Of a DNA stretch of 64,000 bases, positions 9,131-18,522 are shown piece by piece. The notes beneath the pieces are model-generated. The model had not been told where the DNA came from. It worked only from the letters and a program-made list of their open reading frames with translations, and ran no database searches. Position 1 is the first letter of the stretch. Each line of letters starts with the position of its first letter. Origin of the DNA: Anaeromyxobacteraceae bacterium. Its GTDB lineage: Bacteria; Myxococcota; Myxococcia; Myxococcales; Anaeromyxobacteraceae. The position numbers and the translations under genes are program-made. The stretch spans positions 864,001 to 928,000 of the forward strand of contig JAULAX010000015.1 of the NCBI GenBank assembly GCA_032654565.1. Reading direction: 5' to 3'.

Positions 9131-9331
9131 CTACTTCTTCTCGGCCTTCTTCTCCTCGGCCTTCTTCTCGACCTTCTTCTCGGCCTTGGCCGGGGCAGCG
9201 GCCGGGGCAGCGGCGGCGGCCGGAGCAGCAGCCGGAGCAGCGGCGGCGGCAGGAGCAGCGGCCTTCTTCTCCTCGGCGAAGGCGGGCGAGACGAAGGCGA
9301 AGGCAACGACGACGGCGAGCAGCTTCTTCAT
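9131..9331 (-). CDS. Small secreted low-complexity Ala/Pro/Lys/Glu-rich protein (66 aa)
   Basis: GAGGA RBS; signal peptide MKKLLAVVVAFAFVSPAFA followed by AAAP and EKK repeats; own terminator. Confidence 0.8.
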   Translation of the reverse strand: MKKLLAVVVAFAFVSPAFAEEKKAAAPAAAAAPAAAPAAAAAPAAAPAKAEKKVEKKAEEKKAEKK

Positions 9332-9492
9332 GGGGGTATTCCTCGGGGTTTTGGGGGGCGTAGCCTGCGTCGTCGGGATCGTGGTGTCCCCAAGGCCCGA
9401 CGCAATGGGGGAGCATCCAATCACACCCCGCCCGGGGATGTCGAGTATTTCCTTGGATTTCCATCCACCAGAAGGAGGGAGGGGTCCGCCCG

Positions 9493-10782
9493 CTAGGAGA
9501 GCGCCCGGGCCGGATCCACCCGCGCCGCCGCCGCCGCCGGGGTCAGCGCGCCGATCACCGCCGACAGGGCCGCCATACCGACGCTGGCGGCCAGCAGCCA
9601 GGCCGGGAAGATGAGGATGGCCTCGGGCCGGTAGGGGAAGTCGGGGAGGAAGTGGTGCCAGGCCAGGTCGCCGAGCAGGCCGAGCCCCCGGCCCACCGCC
9701 ATCCCCATCAGGCCGCCGCCGCCCCCCACCAGCAGGGCCTCGACCAGCACCAGGGCCCGGACGTCGCGGCCGGTGGCGCCGAGCGCCTGCAGCAGCGCCA
9801 TCTCGCGGGAGCGGGCGGCCACCGAAGCGGCCCGCGAGCGGGCGATGGCCAGGGCCGCCAGCGCCGTCATCAGCAGCGCCAGCCCGGTCAGGGCCCCGGT
9901 GGTCAGCGTCACCACCGTGCCCACCCGCTCGGCGGTGGCCTGCTCGGAGCGGTCCACCGCGAACCCCATGCGCCGCGCCGCCGCGGCGATGGCCGGGGCG
10001 TCGGCCGCCTGGTCGGCCAGCAGCGTCACCTGGCCGTAGCCGGGGTCGGAGCGGTTGTAGAGCCGGTGGAGCCGCTGCACCGTGGCCAGCGGCACGGCCA
10101 TGGCGTAGAGCGGCACGCGGTCGGAGAGGCCCGCCAGCCGCACCCGCACGTCGATGACCCGCTTCTCCGACCGGCCGGGGATGATGGAGAGGCCGATGCG
10201 CAGCGGCAGCTCCAGCCCCACCGGGTCGAGCCCGGGCGGCAGGCCGGGGATGCCCCAGGTCGGGGCGATGGTCTTGTTGTAGATCTCCACCAGCCGGCGC
10301 GAGAGCACCACCGGGATGGGGCCGCCGTCGGGCGGATCGGCGAAGTCGACGCCCTTGCGGGTGTCGTCGGCCACCATGGTCGGGTCGACGCCCACCACCG
10401 GGATCTGCAGCGTCATCCCCGGCGGCCAGGCCGCCTCGAGGCCGCGCGGCGGCTCGGGGGCGGCCACCGGGACCACCAGGTTCTGCCGCGGCCAGACCGC
10501 CCGCACCCCGGGCAGCTCCACCAGCCGCGCCAGCGCCGCCTCGTCGAGCCGCCCGCCGCCCAGCAGCCCGCCCAGCGAGAGCTGCGCCGGCACCACCTCG
10601 ACCAGGCGGGCGTCGGCCGGGAACATCCGCGCCGCCGCCTGCCCCACCCCGAGGCCGAGCGCCACGAAGACCGCCAGCGCCGCCGCCCCCACCGCCGCCG
10701 CCAGGGCGTCGACCAGCGCCGCGCCGGGATCGGCGCGCAGGTTGGCCCAGGCCACCGCCAGCAGGCTCCGCCAGCTCACCAC
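9493..10782 (-). CDS. ABC transporter permease, MacB/FtsX/LolE type
   Basis: N-terminal TM, large periplasmic region, R.REMALLQALGAT.RDV..LVL.EA, C-terminal PA..AARVDP..AL. Confidence 0.85.
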   Translation of the reverse strand: MVSWRSLLAVAWANLRADPGAALVDALAAAVGAAALAVFVALGLGVGQAAARMFPADARLVEVVPAQLSLGGLLGGGRLDEAALARLVELPGVRAVWPRQNLVVPVAAPEPPRGLEAAWPPGMTLQIPVVGVDPTMVADDTRKGVDFADPPDGGPIPVVLSRRLVEIYNKTIAPTWGIPGLPPGLDPVGLELPLRIGLSIIPGRSEKRVIDVRVRLAGLSDRVPLYAMAVPLATVQRLHRLYNRSDPGYGQVTLLADQAADAPAIAAAARRMGFAVDRSEQATAERVGTVVTLTTGALTGLALLMTALAALAIARSRAASVAARSREMALLQALGATGRDVRALVLVEALLVGGGGGLMGMAVGRGLGLLGDLAWHHFLPDFPYRPEAILIFPAWLLAASVGMAALSAVIGALTPAAAAARVDPARALS

Positions 10783-11444
10783 AGCCTCCCTTCACGGAGC
10801 GTGAGCAGGCGGGAGGCGGCCCGCGACACCCGCTCCTCGTGGGTCACCACCAGCACCGCCGTCCCCTCGCGGGCCAGCTCGCCGAAGAGCTGGATGATGG
10901 CCTCGCCGGTGACGGCGTCGAGGTTGCCGGTGGGCTCGTCGGCCAGCAGCAGCGCCGGGCGGGTCACCAGGGCCCGGGCGATGGCCACCCGCTGCCGCTC
11001 GCCGCCGGAGAGGCGGGCCGGGCGGGCGTGGGCCTTGCCGGCCAGGCCGACCCGGTCGAGCGCCTCCAGCGCCCGCACCCGCAGCGCCGCCAGCGGCTCG
11101 CCGTCGCCGTGGCGCAGCAGGCCGGGGAGCAGGACGTTCTCCAGCGCCGGGAAGGCCGGCACCAGGTTGAAGGACTGGAAGACGAAGCCGATGCTCCGGT
11201 TGCGCAGCCGGGCCAGCGCCAGCGCCGAGAGGCCGCGCAGCCGCTCGCCGGCCACCACCGCCTCGCCGCCGAAGCCGGCGTCGAGGGCCCCGGCGATGGC
11301 CAGCAGCGTCGACTTCCCGGAGCCGGAGGCCCCCACCACCGCCACCACCTCGCCCGGAGCGACCGTCAGGTCGAGGCCCCGGAGGACCTCGAGCGCGCGC
11401 CCCTCCTCGCTGAACGAGCGGGTGATGCCGGTGAGCTGGATCAT
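10776..11444 (-). CDS. ABC transporter ATP-binding protein (LolD/MacB-like)
   Basis: GASGSGKST, RN..IGFVFQSFNL, LSGGERQRVAIARAL, LADEPTGNLD. Confidence 0.93.
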   Translation of the reverse strand: MIQLTGITRSFSEEGRALEVLRGLDLTVAPGEVVAVVGASGSGKSTLLAIAGALDAGFGGEAVVAGERLRGLSALALARLRNRSIGFVFQSFNLVPAFPALENVLLPGLLRHGDGEPLAALRVRALEALDRVGLAGKAHARPARLSGGERQRVAIARALVTRPALLLADEPTGNLDAVTGEAIIQLFGELAREGTAVLVVTHEERVSRAASRLLTLREGRLW

Positions 11445-13006
11445 TGCGGGGGCTTGGGCGGCGTCCCCAGCCGCGTGTCGAAGGTGAGCTTGAGCGCCCC
11501 GGCCGGCAGGTCGGCCCGCACCGTCACCGCCGCCCCCTGGCCGAGCGTGCTCACCAGCTTCTCCACCACCGACCGGCCCACCACGCCGTCGGGCCCGGCC
11601 CCGAAGGCCGAGGGGGGGAGCGCCCGCAGCGCCGCCACCAGGTTGTCGCCGTGGAGCACCAGGCCGCCGAGGCCGCCGGCCAGCGTGCCGGCGGTCCCCT
11701 CCGGCGGAACGAAGCCGGGGGCGCCGGTCTTGAGCCGGGCCAGCAGCGCCGGCAGCCCGCCCGCCGCGCCGGCGGTGAGCGCCACCGAGGTGCCCTGCAC
11801 CGCCCAGGCGAGCTCGGCGTCGCCGCGGCCCATGGTCCAGGCGCCGCGGCCGGCCGGCGCGCCCACCACCGACATCAGCCGGTCGCAGGCGGCGGTGAAC
11901 GCCGCCGGGTCCTTCAGCCCCGCCAGCGCCTCGAGCCGCGCCAGGCCGAGCGGCTGGGAGAGCGCCCGCCCGTCCATCAGCCCGGAGAGGTCGGCGTTCG
12001 GCGCCAGTCCGGCGCCCAGCTCGATGGGGGTGGCCAGCTGCGCCGCCATGGCGGCGATGGGCTCGGTGAGCGGCAGGCCGCGCTGCTCGGCGGCCAGCCG
12101 GAGCGCCACCGCGGGATCGGCGGAGACCCGGAGCGCCAGCACCGTGGCGGGGTGGAGGCGGGAGGGCTGGCCGGAGCCGTCGCCGGGGCCGGCCAGCGGC
12201 CGCACCAGCGGCTCGCGCGTCCCCAGCATGATCGCCACGGTCACGCGCAGCCCGGCGCCGGTGACCGAGACGCCGGCCGCCACGCCGTCGCTGGCCGGCA
12301 GGTCGAGGAGCGCCGGCGCGTCGCGCGGCAGGAAGAAGAGGAGCGGGGACCCCTCGCCCAGCGTGGCCCGGCCGCGCTTCCAGGCCGGGCTCTCGGCCAG
12401 CGAGACCCCGGCGTCGAGCGCCAGCACCTCGCGGAGCACCTCCGGGCCGGCCGGGCCGACCGCCACCAGCATCGAGCCCTCGGCCTGGGCCACCGCCAGC
12501 AGGGCCGGCTCGCCGGCGGCGCGCCGCCAGACCGTGAAGCTGGACCTGGCGGCGGCCTGCTCGCCCCGGTCAGCGGCCCCGAGCCGCTCCTTGGCGAGGC
12601 GGGTGACCAGGGCCTCGAGCTTGCCGGCGTCGCCGACGGGCAGGACCAGCAGCGGCGTGCCCGGCTCGCCCGGCCGGGTGGCCAGCTCGGCGAAGGCCAG
12701 GCCGCGCTTGACGTCGAGGCCGACCCCCTCCAGCGAGGCCGGGTCGAGGAGGTCGAAGCCGAGCTGCTGGGCCAGGCTGGTCCGGGCCGCGGCCAGCTCC
12801 TCGCCGCCGGGCCGGGCCGCCAGGGCCGCGAAGGCCGCCGCGGTCTGGCGCGAGAAGTCGCCGACCGACGGGACGATCATGGCGCCGGCGTTGGTGGCCG
12901 GCACGAACCGATCGGGCGGGGGGCCGCCGCGCGGCGACCCGCAGCGGGCGCAGCCGGCCAGGAGGGCGAGGACGACGAGGGCGGGGGTCAGGTGGGAGCG
13001 GCGCAC
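11441..13006 (-). CDS. Putative lipoprotein, first gene of the ABC exporter operon
   Basis: Lipobox LLAGC; ATGA overlap with the ATPase gene; GC-rich coding bias. Confidence 0.7.
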   Translation of the reverse strand: MRRSHLTPALVVLALLAGCARCGSPRGGPPPDRFVPATNAGAMIVPSVGDFSRQTAAAFAALAARPGGEELAAARTSLAQQLGFDLLDPASLEGVGLDVKRGLAFAELATRPGEPGTPLLVLPVGDAGKLEALVTRLAKERLGAADRGEQAAARSSFTVWRRAAGEPALLAVAQAEGSMLVAVGPAGPEVLREVLALDAGVSLAESPAWKRGRATLGEGSPLLFFLPRDAPALLDLPASDGVAAGVSVTGAGLRVTVAIMLGTREPLVRPLAGPGDGSGQPSRLHPATVLALRVSADPAVALRLAAEQRGLPLTEPIAAMAAQLATPIELGAGLAPNADLSGLMDGRALSQPLGLARLEALAGLKDPAAFTAACDRLMSVVGAPAGRGAWTMGRGDAELAWAVQGTSVALTAGAAGGLPALLARLKTGAPGFVPPEGTAGTLAGGLGGLVLHGDNLVAALRALPPSAFGAGPDGVVGRSVVEKLVSTLGQGAAVTVRADLPAGALKLTFDTRLGTPPKPPQ

Positions 13007-13038
13007 GGTCCGTATCTATCATGGTAAGGGAGCGCCGG

Positions 13039-13671
13039 ATGATCTCCACCGGCACCGACCAGGCCCCCATCGCGGTCGATCGCTTCCCCGACTGGAGGGC
13101 CCGCTTCGGCCCGCTGGTCGAGCGGCTGGAGCTGGAGATCGGCTGCGGTCACGGCGGCTACGCGGTGGCCTTCGGCGCGGCCCGGCCCGACCGGGCCCTG
13201 GTGGGGATCGAGCAGCGCAGGAAGTTCGCCGCCATGGTGGAGGAGAAGGTGGCGAAGCGCGGCCTGCAGAACGTCCAGGTCATCTGCGGCGATGGCCGGC
13301 TGATGGCGCCGCGCCTCTTCCCGGCCGGCTCGCTGGCCGCCATCCACGTCCACTTCCCCGACCCGTGGTGGAAGCGGCGCCACGCCGAGCGGCGGCTGGT
13401 GGACGACCGGATGTCGACGATGCTGCTGGGGCTGCTCCGGCCGGGCGGGCTGCTCGACTTCCGCACCGACGTGGAGCGGTACGCGCTCGACGCCGTGGCG
13501 CGGCTGGAGGAGGTGGGCTTCGAGAACGAGGCCGGCCCGGGGCGGTTCTGCGAGGCGCCGGAGGGGGAGCTCCCCTCGACGCGCGAGAAGCGCTACCTGC
13601 AGACCGGGCAGCGGGTCTGGCGGCTCAGGCTGCGGGCGCCAGCGACCCCGGTCGGCGGTATCATGCGGTGA
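13039..13671 (+). CDS. trmB: tRNA (guanine-N7)-methyltransferase
   Basis: ELEIGCGHG, VGIE, HFPDPWWKRRH..RRLV, L.PGG...FRTDV..Y, T.REKRY. Confidence 0.9.
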   Translation: MISTGTDQAPIAVDRFPDWRARFGPLVERLELEIGCGHGGYAVAFGAARPDRALVGIEQRRKFAAMVEEKVAKRGLQNVQVICGDGRLMAPRLFPAGSLAAIHVHFPDPWWKRRHAERRLVDDRMSTMLLGLLRPGGLLDFRTDVERYALDAVARLEEVGFENEAGPGRFCEAPEGELPSTREKRYLQTGQRVWRLRLRAPATPVGGIMR

Positions 13672-14813
13672 TGCCGCTCCGCCGCCACGCCCTGACCGCC
13701 ACGCTCCTGGCCGCCCTCCTCCTGGCCCCCGTCGGCGCCCGGGCCGCCTCCACCCCGGCCGGGCCGGCCCGGCCGATCGAGGCCACGCTCGACGAGGCCG
13801 CGGCGGGCCGGTTCGCCGCCCTGGCGCTCGGCTGCGTCCACCGCGAGTACCCCAACAAGCTCTCGCACGTCCTCGCCTCCGACGCCGACGCCCGTCCGCC
13901 CCGCCGCCTGACGCCCGCCTTTTTCGGCTGCTTCGACTGGCACTCCTCGGTGCACGGCCACTGGCTGCTGGCCCGGCTGGTCCGGCTCTTCCCGTCGGCG
14001 CCCTTCGCCGCCGAGGCCCGCGCCGCCCTGGCCCGGAGCCTCACCCCCGCCAACCTGGCCATCGAGGTCGCCTACCTGGCCGACCCCGGGCGCGCCTCCT
14101 TCGAGCGCCCCTACGGCCTGGCCTGGCTCCTCCAGCTCGCCGCGGAGCTGCGCACCAGCCCGGATCCGGCCGTGAAGGCGCTGGCCCCGGCGCTGGCGCC
14201 GCTGGAGGCCGAGGCCGCCGGCCGGATCTCGACCTGGCTCGGCAAGCTGCGCTACCCCATCCGTTCGGGCGAGCACTCCCAGACCGCCTTCGCCTTCGGC
14301 CTGATCCGCGACTGGGCGGTGGCCACCGGCGACCAGCCCTTCCGGGAGCGGCTCGACGCGCGCATCCGGGCCTTCTACGAGCGCGACCAGGCCTGTCCGC
14401 TGGGGTACGAGCCCTCGGGGGAGGACTTCCTCTCCCCCTGCCTCGCCGAGGCCGACCTGCTTCGCCGGCTGCTGCCACCGGCCCGCTTCGCCTCCTGGCT
14501 CGGCGCCTTCCTCCCCACCCTCCCGCGCCGGCCCGGCGCGACCTGGCTGCCGCCGGCCGAGGTGAGCGACCGCGCCGACCCCAAGCTGGCCCACCTCGAC
14601 GGGCTCAACCTGAGCCGATCCTGGATGCTGCTCGGGATCGCCGCCGGGCTCCCGGCCGGCGACGACCGCGTCCCGGTGCTCCGGGCCACCGCCTCGGCGC
14701 ACCAGGTGATCACGCTGCCGGCCATCACCGGCCAGCACTACGAGGGCGGACACTGGCTGGGGACCTTCGCCGTCTACCTGACCAGCGGGGCCGGGCGCGC
14801 CACCCCGCCGTGA
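13671..14813 (+). CDS. Exported DUF2891-family protein
   Basis: TGATG overlap with trmB; LAL.CVHREYPNK, PAFFGCFDWHSSVHGHWLL, SFERPYG.AWLL, HLDGLNLSR, YEGGHWLGTFA. Confidence 0.85.
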   Translation: MPLRRHALTATLLAALLLAPVGARAASTPAGPARPIEATLDEAAAGRFAALALGCVHREYPNKLSHVLASDADARPPRRLTPAFFGCFDWHSSVHGHWLLARLVRLFPSAPFAAEARAALARSLTPANLAIEVAYLADPGRASFERPYGLAWLLQLAAELRTSPDPAVKALAPALAPLEAEAAGRISTWLGKLRYPIRSGEHSQTAFAFGLIRDWAVATGDQPFRERLDARIRAFYERDQACPLGYEPSGEDFLSPCLAEADLLRRLLPPARFASWLGAFLPTLPRRPGATWLPPAEVSDRADPKLAHLDGLNLSRSWMLLGIAAGLPAGDDRVPVLRATASAHQVITLPAITGQHYEGGHWLGTFAVYLTSGAGRATPP

Positions 14814-14972
14814 CGGAGGCGCGGGTCGCCGCTCGAGGCCTGCGTTCGCGGCCACGGCGTCCTCGCTCCAGGCGGCCAGATCGCCACCTGGTCTTCACGC
14901 CTTGTCTGGGATCGGGTTATACCGGGGCCGGTTCCTGCTGGAGCGACGGCCGACCCGGCCGCGGAGGACGGA

Positions 14973-15233
14973 ATGAACGCGACGCGAGTGACCATGTTGA
15001 TCCTGGCGCTGTCGGGCACGGCCTGCGCCGCGGGAGGGGCCCAGGCCGCCCGCCCCGTCGACGACTACCGGCTCGCCGACGGCACGCAGGTGACCTGCCG
15101 GATGGAGGCCCCGACCGGGAGCCACATCAAGGAGCGGGTCTGCCGCCGGGTGGCGGAGACCTCCGAGGCCAAGCGGATCACCATCGACTCCTACATGAAC
15201 CGGCCCGTGGTCAACACCCGCACCGGCGGCTGA
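14973..15233 (+). CDS. Small putative lipoprotein with paired Cys (C...PTGSHI..RVC)
   Basis: GGAGG RBS; hydrophobic signal ending LSGTAC; VTCRMEAPTGSHIKERVC. Confidence 0.7.
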   Translation: MNATRVTMLILALSGTACAAGGAQAARPVDDYRLADGTQVTCRMEAPTGSHIKERVCRRVAETSEAKRITIDSYMNRPVVNTRTGG

Positions 15234-15384
15234 CCGGCCGGGTTCACGAACCGTAGACGCGGTACAGGAGCGGTCGACTCGTACCGAGGGGCCTGCGGTG
15301 CCTTGCCGCACCTTCGGAACCCGAGAGGAAATCGCCAGGCGATCCGGGACTATCTGGGCTCCTTCGAGCCCCCGGGAGTCGCCC

Positions 15385-18300
15385 ATGAAGAGCGGTTCAC
15401 TCGCCGTCACTCTCCTCCTGTCGATGGCCGCCTGCACCGGCGGCCGGGGCGTCCCCGGAGGAAACGGCACCAGCTACCTGCTCCGGACCACCGTCGAGGC
15501 GCCGGGGGCTCGCTGCGCCACCGGCGGCGCCAGGGTGGAGGTCGGCGCCGACGACAACGGCAACCAGGCCCTCGACACCGCCGAGGTCGACTCCACGGTC
15601 TACGTCTGCAACGGCGCCGACGGCCTGGGCGTGGCGACGGCGGCGGAGGGGCCGGGAGCGAACTGTGCCGAGGGTGGCGTGAAGGTGACGCCCGCCGGGG
15701 GAGTGGCGACCTACATCTGCAGCGGTGCGCCTGGAGCCACCGGCGCGACCGGCGACACGGGCGCGACGGGCGCGACGGGCGAGAGCGTCACGGTGACCCC
15801 CGAGGCGGCGGGGGCCACCTGCGCGTTCGGTGGCCAGAAGCTCCAGGTGGGACCGGGAGCGCCGACCTACGTCTGCAACGGCGCGACCGGCGCGACCGGT
15901 GAGACCGGTGCGACGGGTGCGACCGGTGCGGCCGGGGAGAGCGTCTCGATGACCCCCGAGGCGGCGGGGGCCAACTGCGTGTTCGGCGGCCAGAAGCTCC
16001 AGGTGGGGGCGGGAGCGCCGACCTACGTCTGCCACGGCGCGCCAGGCGCGACCGGCGCCGACGGCCTGAGCGTCACCATGACCCCCGAGCCGCCTGGCCC
16101 CAACTGCGGGCTCGGCGGCGTGAAGCTCCAGGTCGGGAGCGGTCCCGCCTCCTACCTCTGCAGCGGGGCGCCCTCAGGGGCGACCCTGCCCGCCGTGGTG
16201 ACGGTGGACGTCACCGGCGTGCGCTACGTCGAGGCGCTGGTCAACGCCAGCGTCACCGACGACGGCAACGAGGTGATCTTCGTGCGCGGCGTCGCCCTGG
16301 CCACCCACGCGGCCCCCACCGTCCACGACACCGTCTTCTACGCCGGGCCGGGCGCGGGCGCCTTCACCACCCGCTGTGACGGGCTGGCGCCCGGCACCGC
16401 CTACGTCGTGCGGGCCTTCGCCACCAACGCGCTCGGCACCAGCTACGGCGAGGAGCGGCTCTTCACCACGCTGGCGCTCACCGTCCCGACCCTGGCCACC
16501 GCCGCGGTCGCCAACATCACCGCCACCACCGCCTACTCCGGGGGCGACATCACCGACGACGGCGGCACCGCCATCCTGGCCCGCGGCGCCTGCTGGTCCA
16601 CGGCCACCGACCCCACCACCGCCGACGCCTGCGTCCACGAGGGGGTGGGGGCGGGGAGCTACCTGGCCCTGCTGGTCGGCCTGCCCTCCAGCACCGCGCT
16701 CCACGTGCGGGCCTACGCCACCAACGCCCAGGGGACGGCCTACGGCGAGGACCGGGCCTTCTCCACCGGCGCGCTGCCGCTGGCGGTGGTCTCCACCGCC
16801 GCGGTGGGGAGCATCTCCTACACCACCGCGGCCGGCGGCGGCACGGTGGTGAGCGACAGCGGGGCGCCGGTGACCAGCCGCGGGCTCTGCTGGGCCACCA
16901 CCACCGCACCCACCACCGCCGGCGCCTGCACCACCGAGACCGGCGGGCTCGGCACCTTCACCGCCGGCCTGGCGGGGCTGGCCGCCAACACCACCTACTA
17001 CGTCCGCGCCTACGCGGTGAACGGCGGCGGCACCTCCTACGGCAACCAGGTGAGCTTCACCACCCTGGCGGCGTCGGCGCCGGTGCTGACCACCAGGTCG
17101 GTGGGCGGCATCTCCTCCGACCTCGCCGGCTCCGGCGGGGCGATCACCACCGACGGCGGCGCGGCCATCACCGCCAAGGGGGTCTGCTGGAGCATCAACC
17201 CCGGCCCCACCGTGGCCAACAGCAAGACCAGCGACGGCGCCGGCCCGGCCGCCTTCAACAGCACCCTGACCGGCCTGGTCCCGCTCACCACCTACTACGT
17301 CCGCGCCTACGCCGTGAACGCGCTCGGCACCTCCTACGGCAACGAGGTGAGCTTCACCACCACCGCCCTGGTGACCCCGGGCCCCGGCGTCCCCATCGTC
17401 GGGACCACCACCACGGCCATCACCGGCAGCACCACCGCCTCGAGCGGCGGCTACGTGGGCAGCGACGGCGGCTCGGCGGTCACCGCCCGGGGGGTCTGCT
17501 GGAGCACGGCCCAGAACCCGACCCTGGCCGACAGCTGCTCCAGCGACGGCGGCACCGGCCTCGGCTTCTTCTCCAGCACCGTCACCGGCCTGGGCGGCTG
17601 CGGCGTGGTCTACTACGTGCGGGCCTACGCCACCAACGCCACCGGCACCGGCTACGGCAGCCAGGGGTCGGTCAGCACCGGCCTGCTGCCGACGGTCAGC
17701 ACCGAGCCGGTCACGGCCATCGGCTTCACCGGCGCCACCTCGGGCGGCGCCATCGTCGACAACGGCGGCTGCGCCATCACGCAGAAGGGGGTGGTCTGGC
17801 ACTGGAACCCGAACCCGGCGGTCGGCAACACCGGGACCACCCAGGGGACCGGCGACGCCGCCTTCACCTCCAGCATCACCGGGCTCTACTCCAACCGGAC
17901 CCACTACCTGCGGGCCTACGCCACCAACAGCGTCGGCACCGGCTACGGCGCGCAGCTGACCTTCGTCACCGCCGAGCCGTCGACCCCCTACCTCGGCCAG
18001 AGCTACGCCGGTGGCATCGTCTTCTACGTCGACGGGACCGGGCTCCACGGGCTGGTGGCCGCGCCGTCGGACCAGGGCCGGTTCACCTGGGGGTGCCAGG
18101 GGACCAGCGTGCCGACCGGCACGGCGGTCGGGACCGGGGCCTCCAACACCGCCGCCATCGTCGGCTCCTGCGGCGAGGCCAGCTTCGCGGCCAAGGTGGC
18201 CGACGGGCTGACGCTGGGCGGGTACACCGACTGGTTCATGCCCTCGCTGGACGAGCTGGTCCTGATGCGGACCAACCTGCACCTCAAGGAACTCGGCGGG

Positions 18301-18441
18301 TTCGAGGCGTGGGGCCGGTACTGGTCGTCCACCCAGGCCGATGCCACCTCCGCCTTGGGCACGTACTATCTCGTGTACCCCGACATGATTGGGTATTCGA
18401 AGTCCAGCACCAACCTCCTCCGCGCCGCACGGGCCTTCTGA
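15385..18441 (+). CDS. Large surface lipoprotein: E..G.NC..GG...Y.C.G repeats with collagen-like GAT triplets, six FN3-like repeats, C-terminal DUF1566/Lcl-like domain
   Basis: Lipobox SMAAC; six [YH].RA[YF]A.N..GT.YG motifs; C-terminal GGIVFYVD..G.HGLVAA, GGYTDWFMPSLDEL, YWSST...RAARAF. Confidence 0.85.
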   Translation: MKSGSLAVTLLLSMAACTGGRGVPGGNGTSYLLRTTVEAPGARCATGGARVEVGADDNGNQALDTAEVDSTVYVCNGADGLGVATAAEGPGANCAEGGVKVTPAGGVATYICSGAPGATGATGDTGATGATGESVTVTPEAAGATCAFGGQKLQVGPGAPTYVCNGATGATGETGATGATGAAGESVSMTPEAAGANCVFGGQKLQVGAGAPTYVCHGAPGATGADGLSVTMTPEPPGPNCGLGGVKLQVGSGPASYLCSGAPSGATLPAVVTVDVTGVRYVEALVNASVTDDGNEVIFVRGVALATHAAPTVHDTVFYAGPGAGAFTTRCDGLAPGTAYVVRAFATNALGTSYGEERLFTTLALTVPTLATAAVANITATTAYSGGDITDDGGTAILARGACWSTATDPTTADACVHEGVGAGSYLALLVGLPSSTALHVRAYATNAQGTAYGEDRAFSTGALPLAVVSTAAVGSISYTTAAGGGTVVSDSGAPVTSRGLCWATTTAPTTAGACTTETGGLGTFTAGLAGLAANTTYYVRAYAVNGGGTSYGNQVSFTTLAASAPVLTTRSVGGISSDLAGSGGAITTDGGAAITAKGVCWSINPGPTVANSKTSDGAGPAAFNSTLTGLVPLTTYYVRAYAVNALGTSYGNEVSFTTTALVTPGPGVPIVGTTTTAITGSTTASSGGYVGSDGGSAVTARGVCWSTAQNPTLADSCSSDGGTGLGFFSSTVTGLGGCGVVYYVRAYATNATGTGYGSQGSVSTGLLPTVSTEPVTAIGFTGATSGGAIVDNGGCAITQKGVVWHWNPNPAVGNTGTTQGTGDAAFTSSITGLYSNRTHYLRAYATNSVGTGYGAQLTFVTAEPSTPYLGQSYAGGIVFYVDGTGLHGLVAAPSDQGRFTWGCQGTSVPTGTAVGTGASNTAAIVGSCGEASFAAKVADGLTLGGYTDWFMPSLDELVLMRTNLHLKELGGFEAWGRYWSSTQADATSALGTYYLVYPDMIGYSKSSTNLLRAARAF
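15493..16170 (+). repeat. Intragenic repeats: Cys-paired modules interleaved with 9-bp (GAT)n collagen-like units
   Basis: Repeated gagagcgtc..gtgacccccgaggcggcgggggcc...cagaagctccaggtggg...gcgccgacctacgtctgc and ggcgcgacc arrays. Confidence 0.8.
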
Positions 18442-18522
18442 TCGGGCCCGACGTCCCGGAGGGCCACGAAGGATCAGGGTGGCCGGGTACCCCGTGGTAA
18501 CGTCGATCGACCGGAGGCTCAC

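Noticed and set aside
10839..14813. ORF-track fusions (1324 aa ending in DUF2891; also 2152-4206, 5245-7137, 44459-47110, 53646-55370, 57454-59697, 18573-22883) as true multidomain proteins
   Set aside because: The N-terminal extensions overlap other real genes; true starts were reassigned from RBS, overlap and motif evidence
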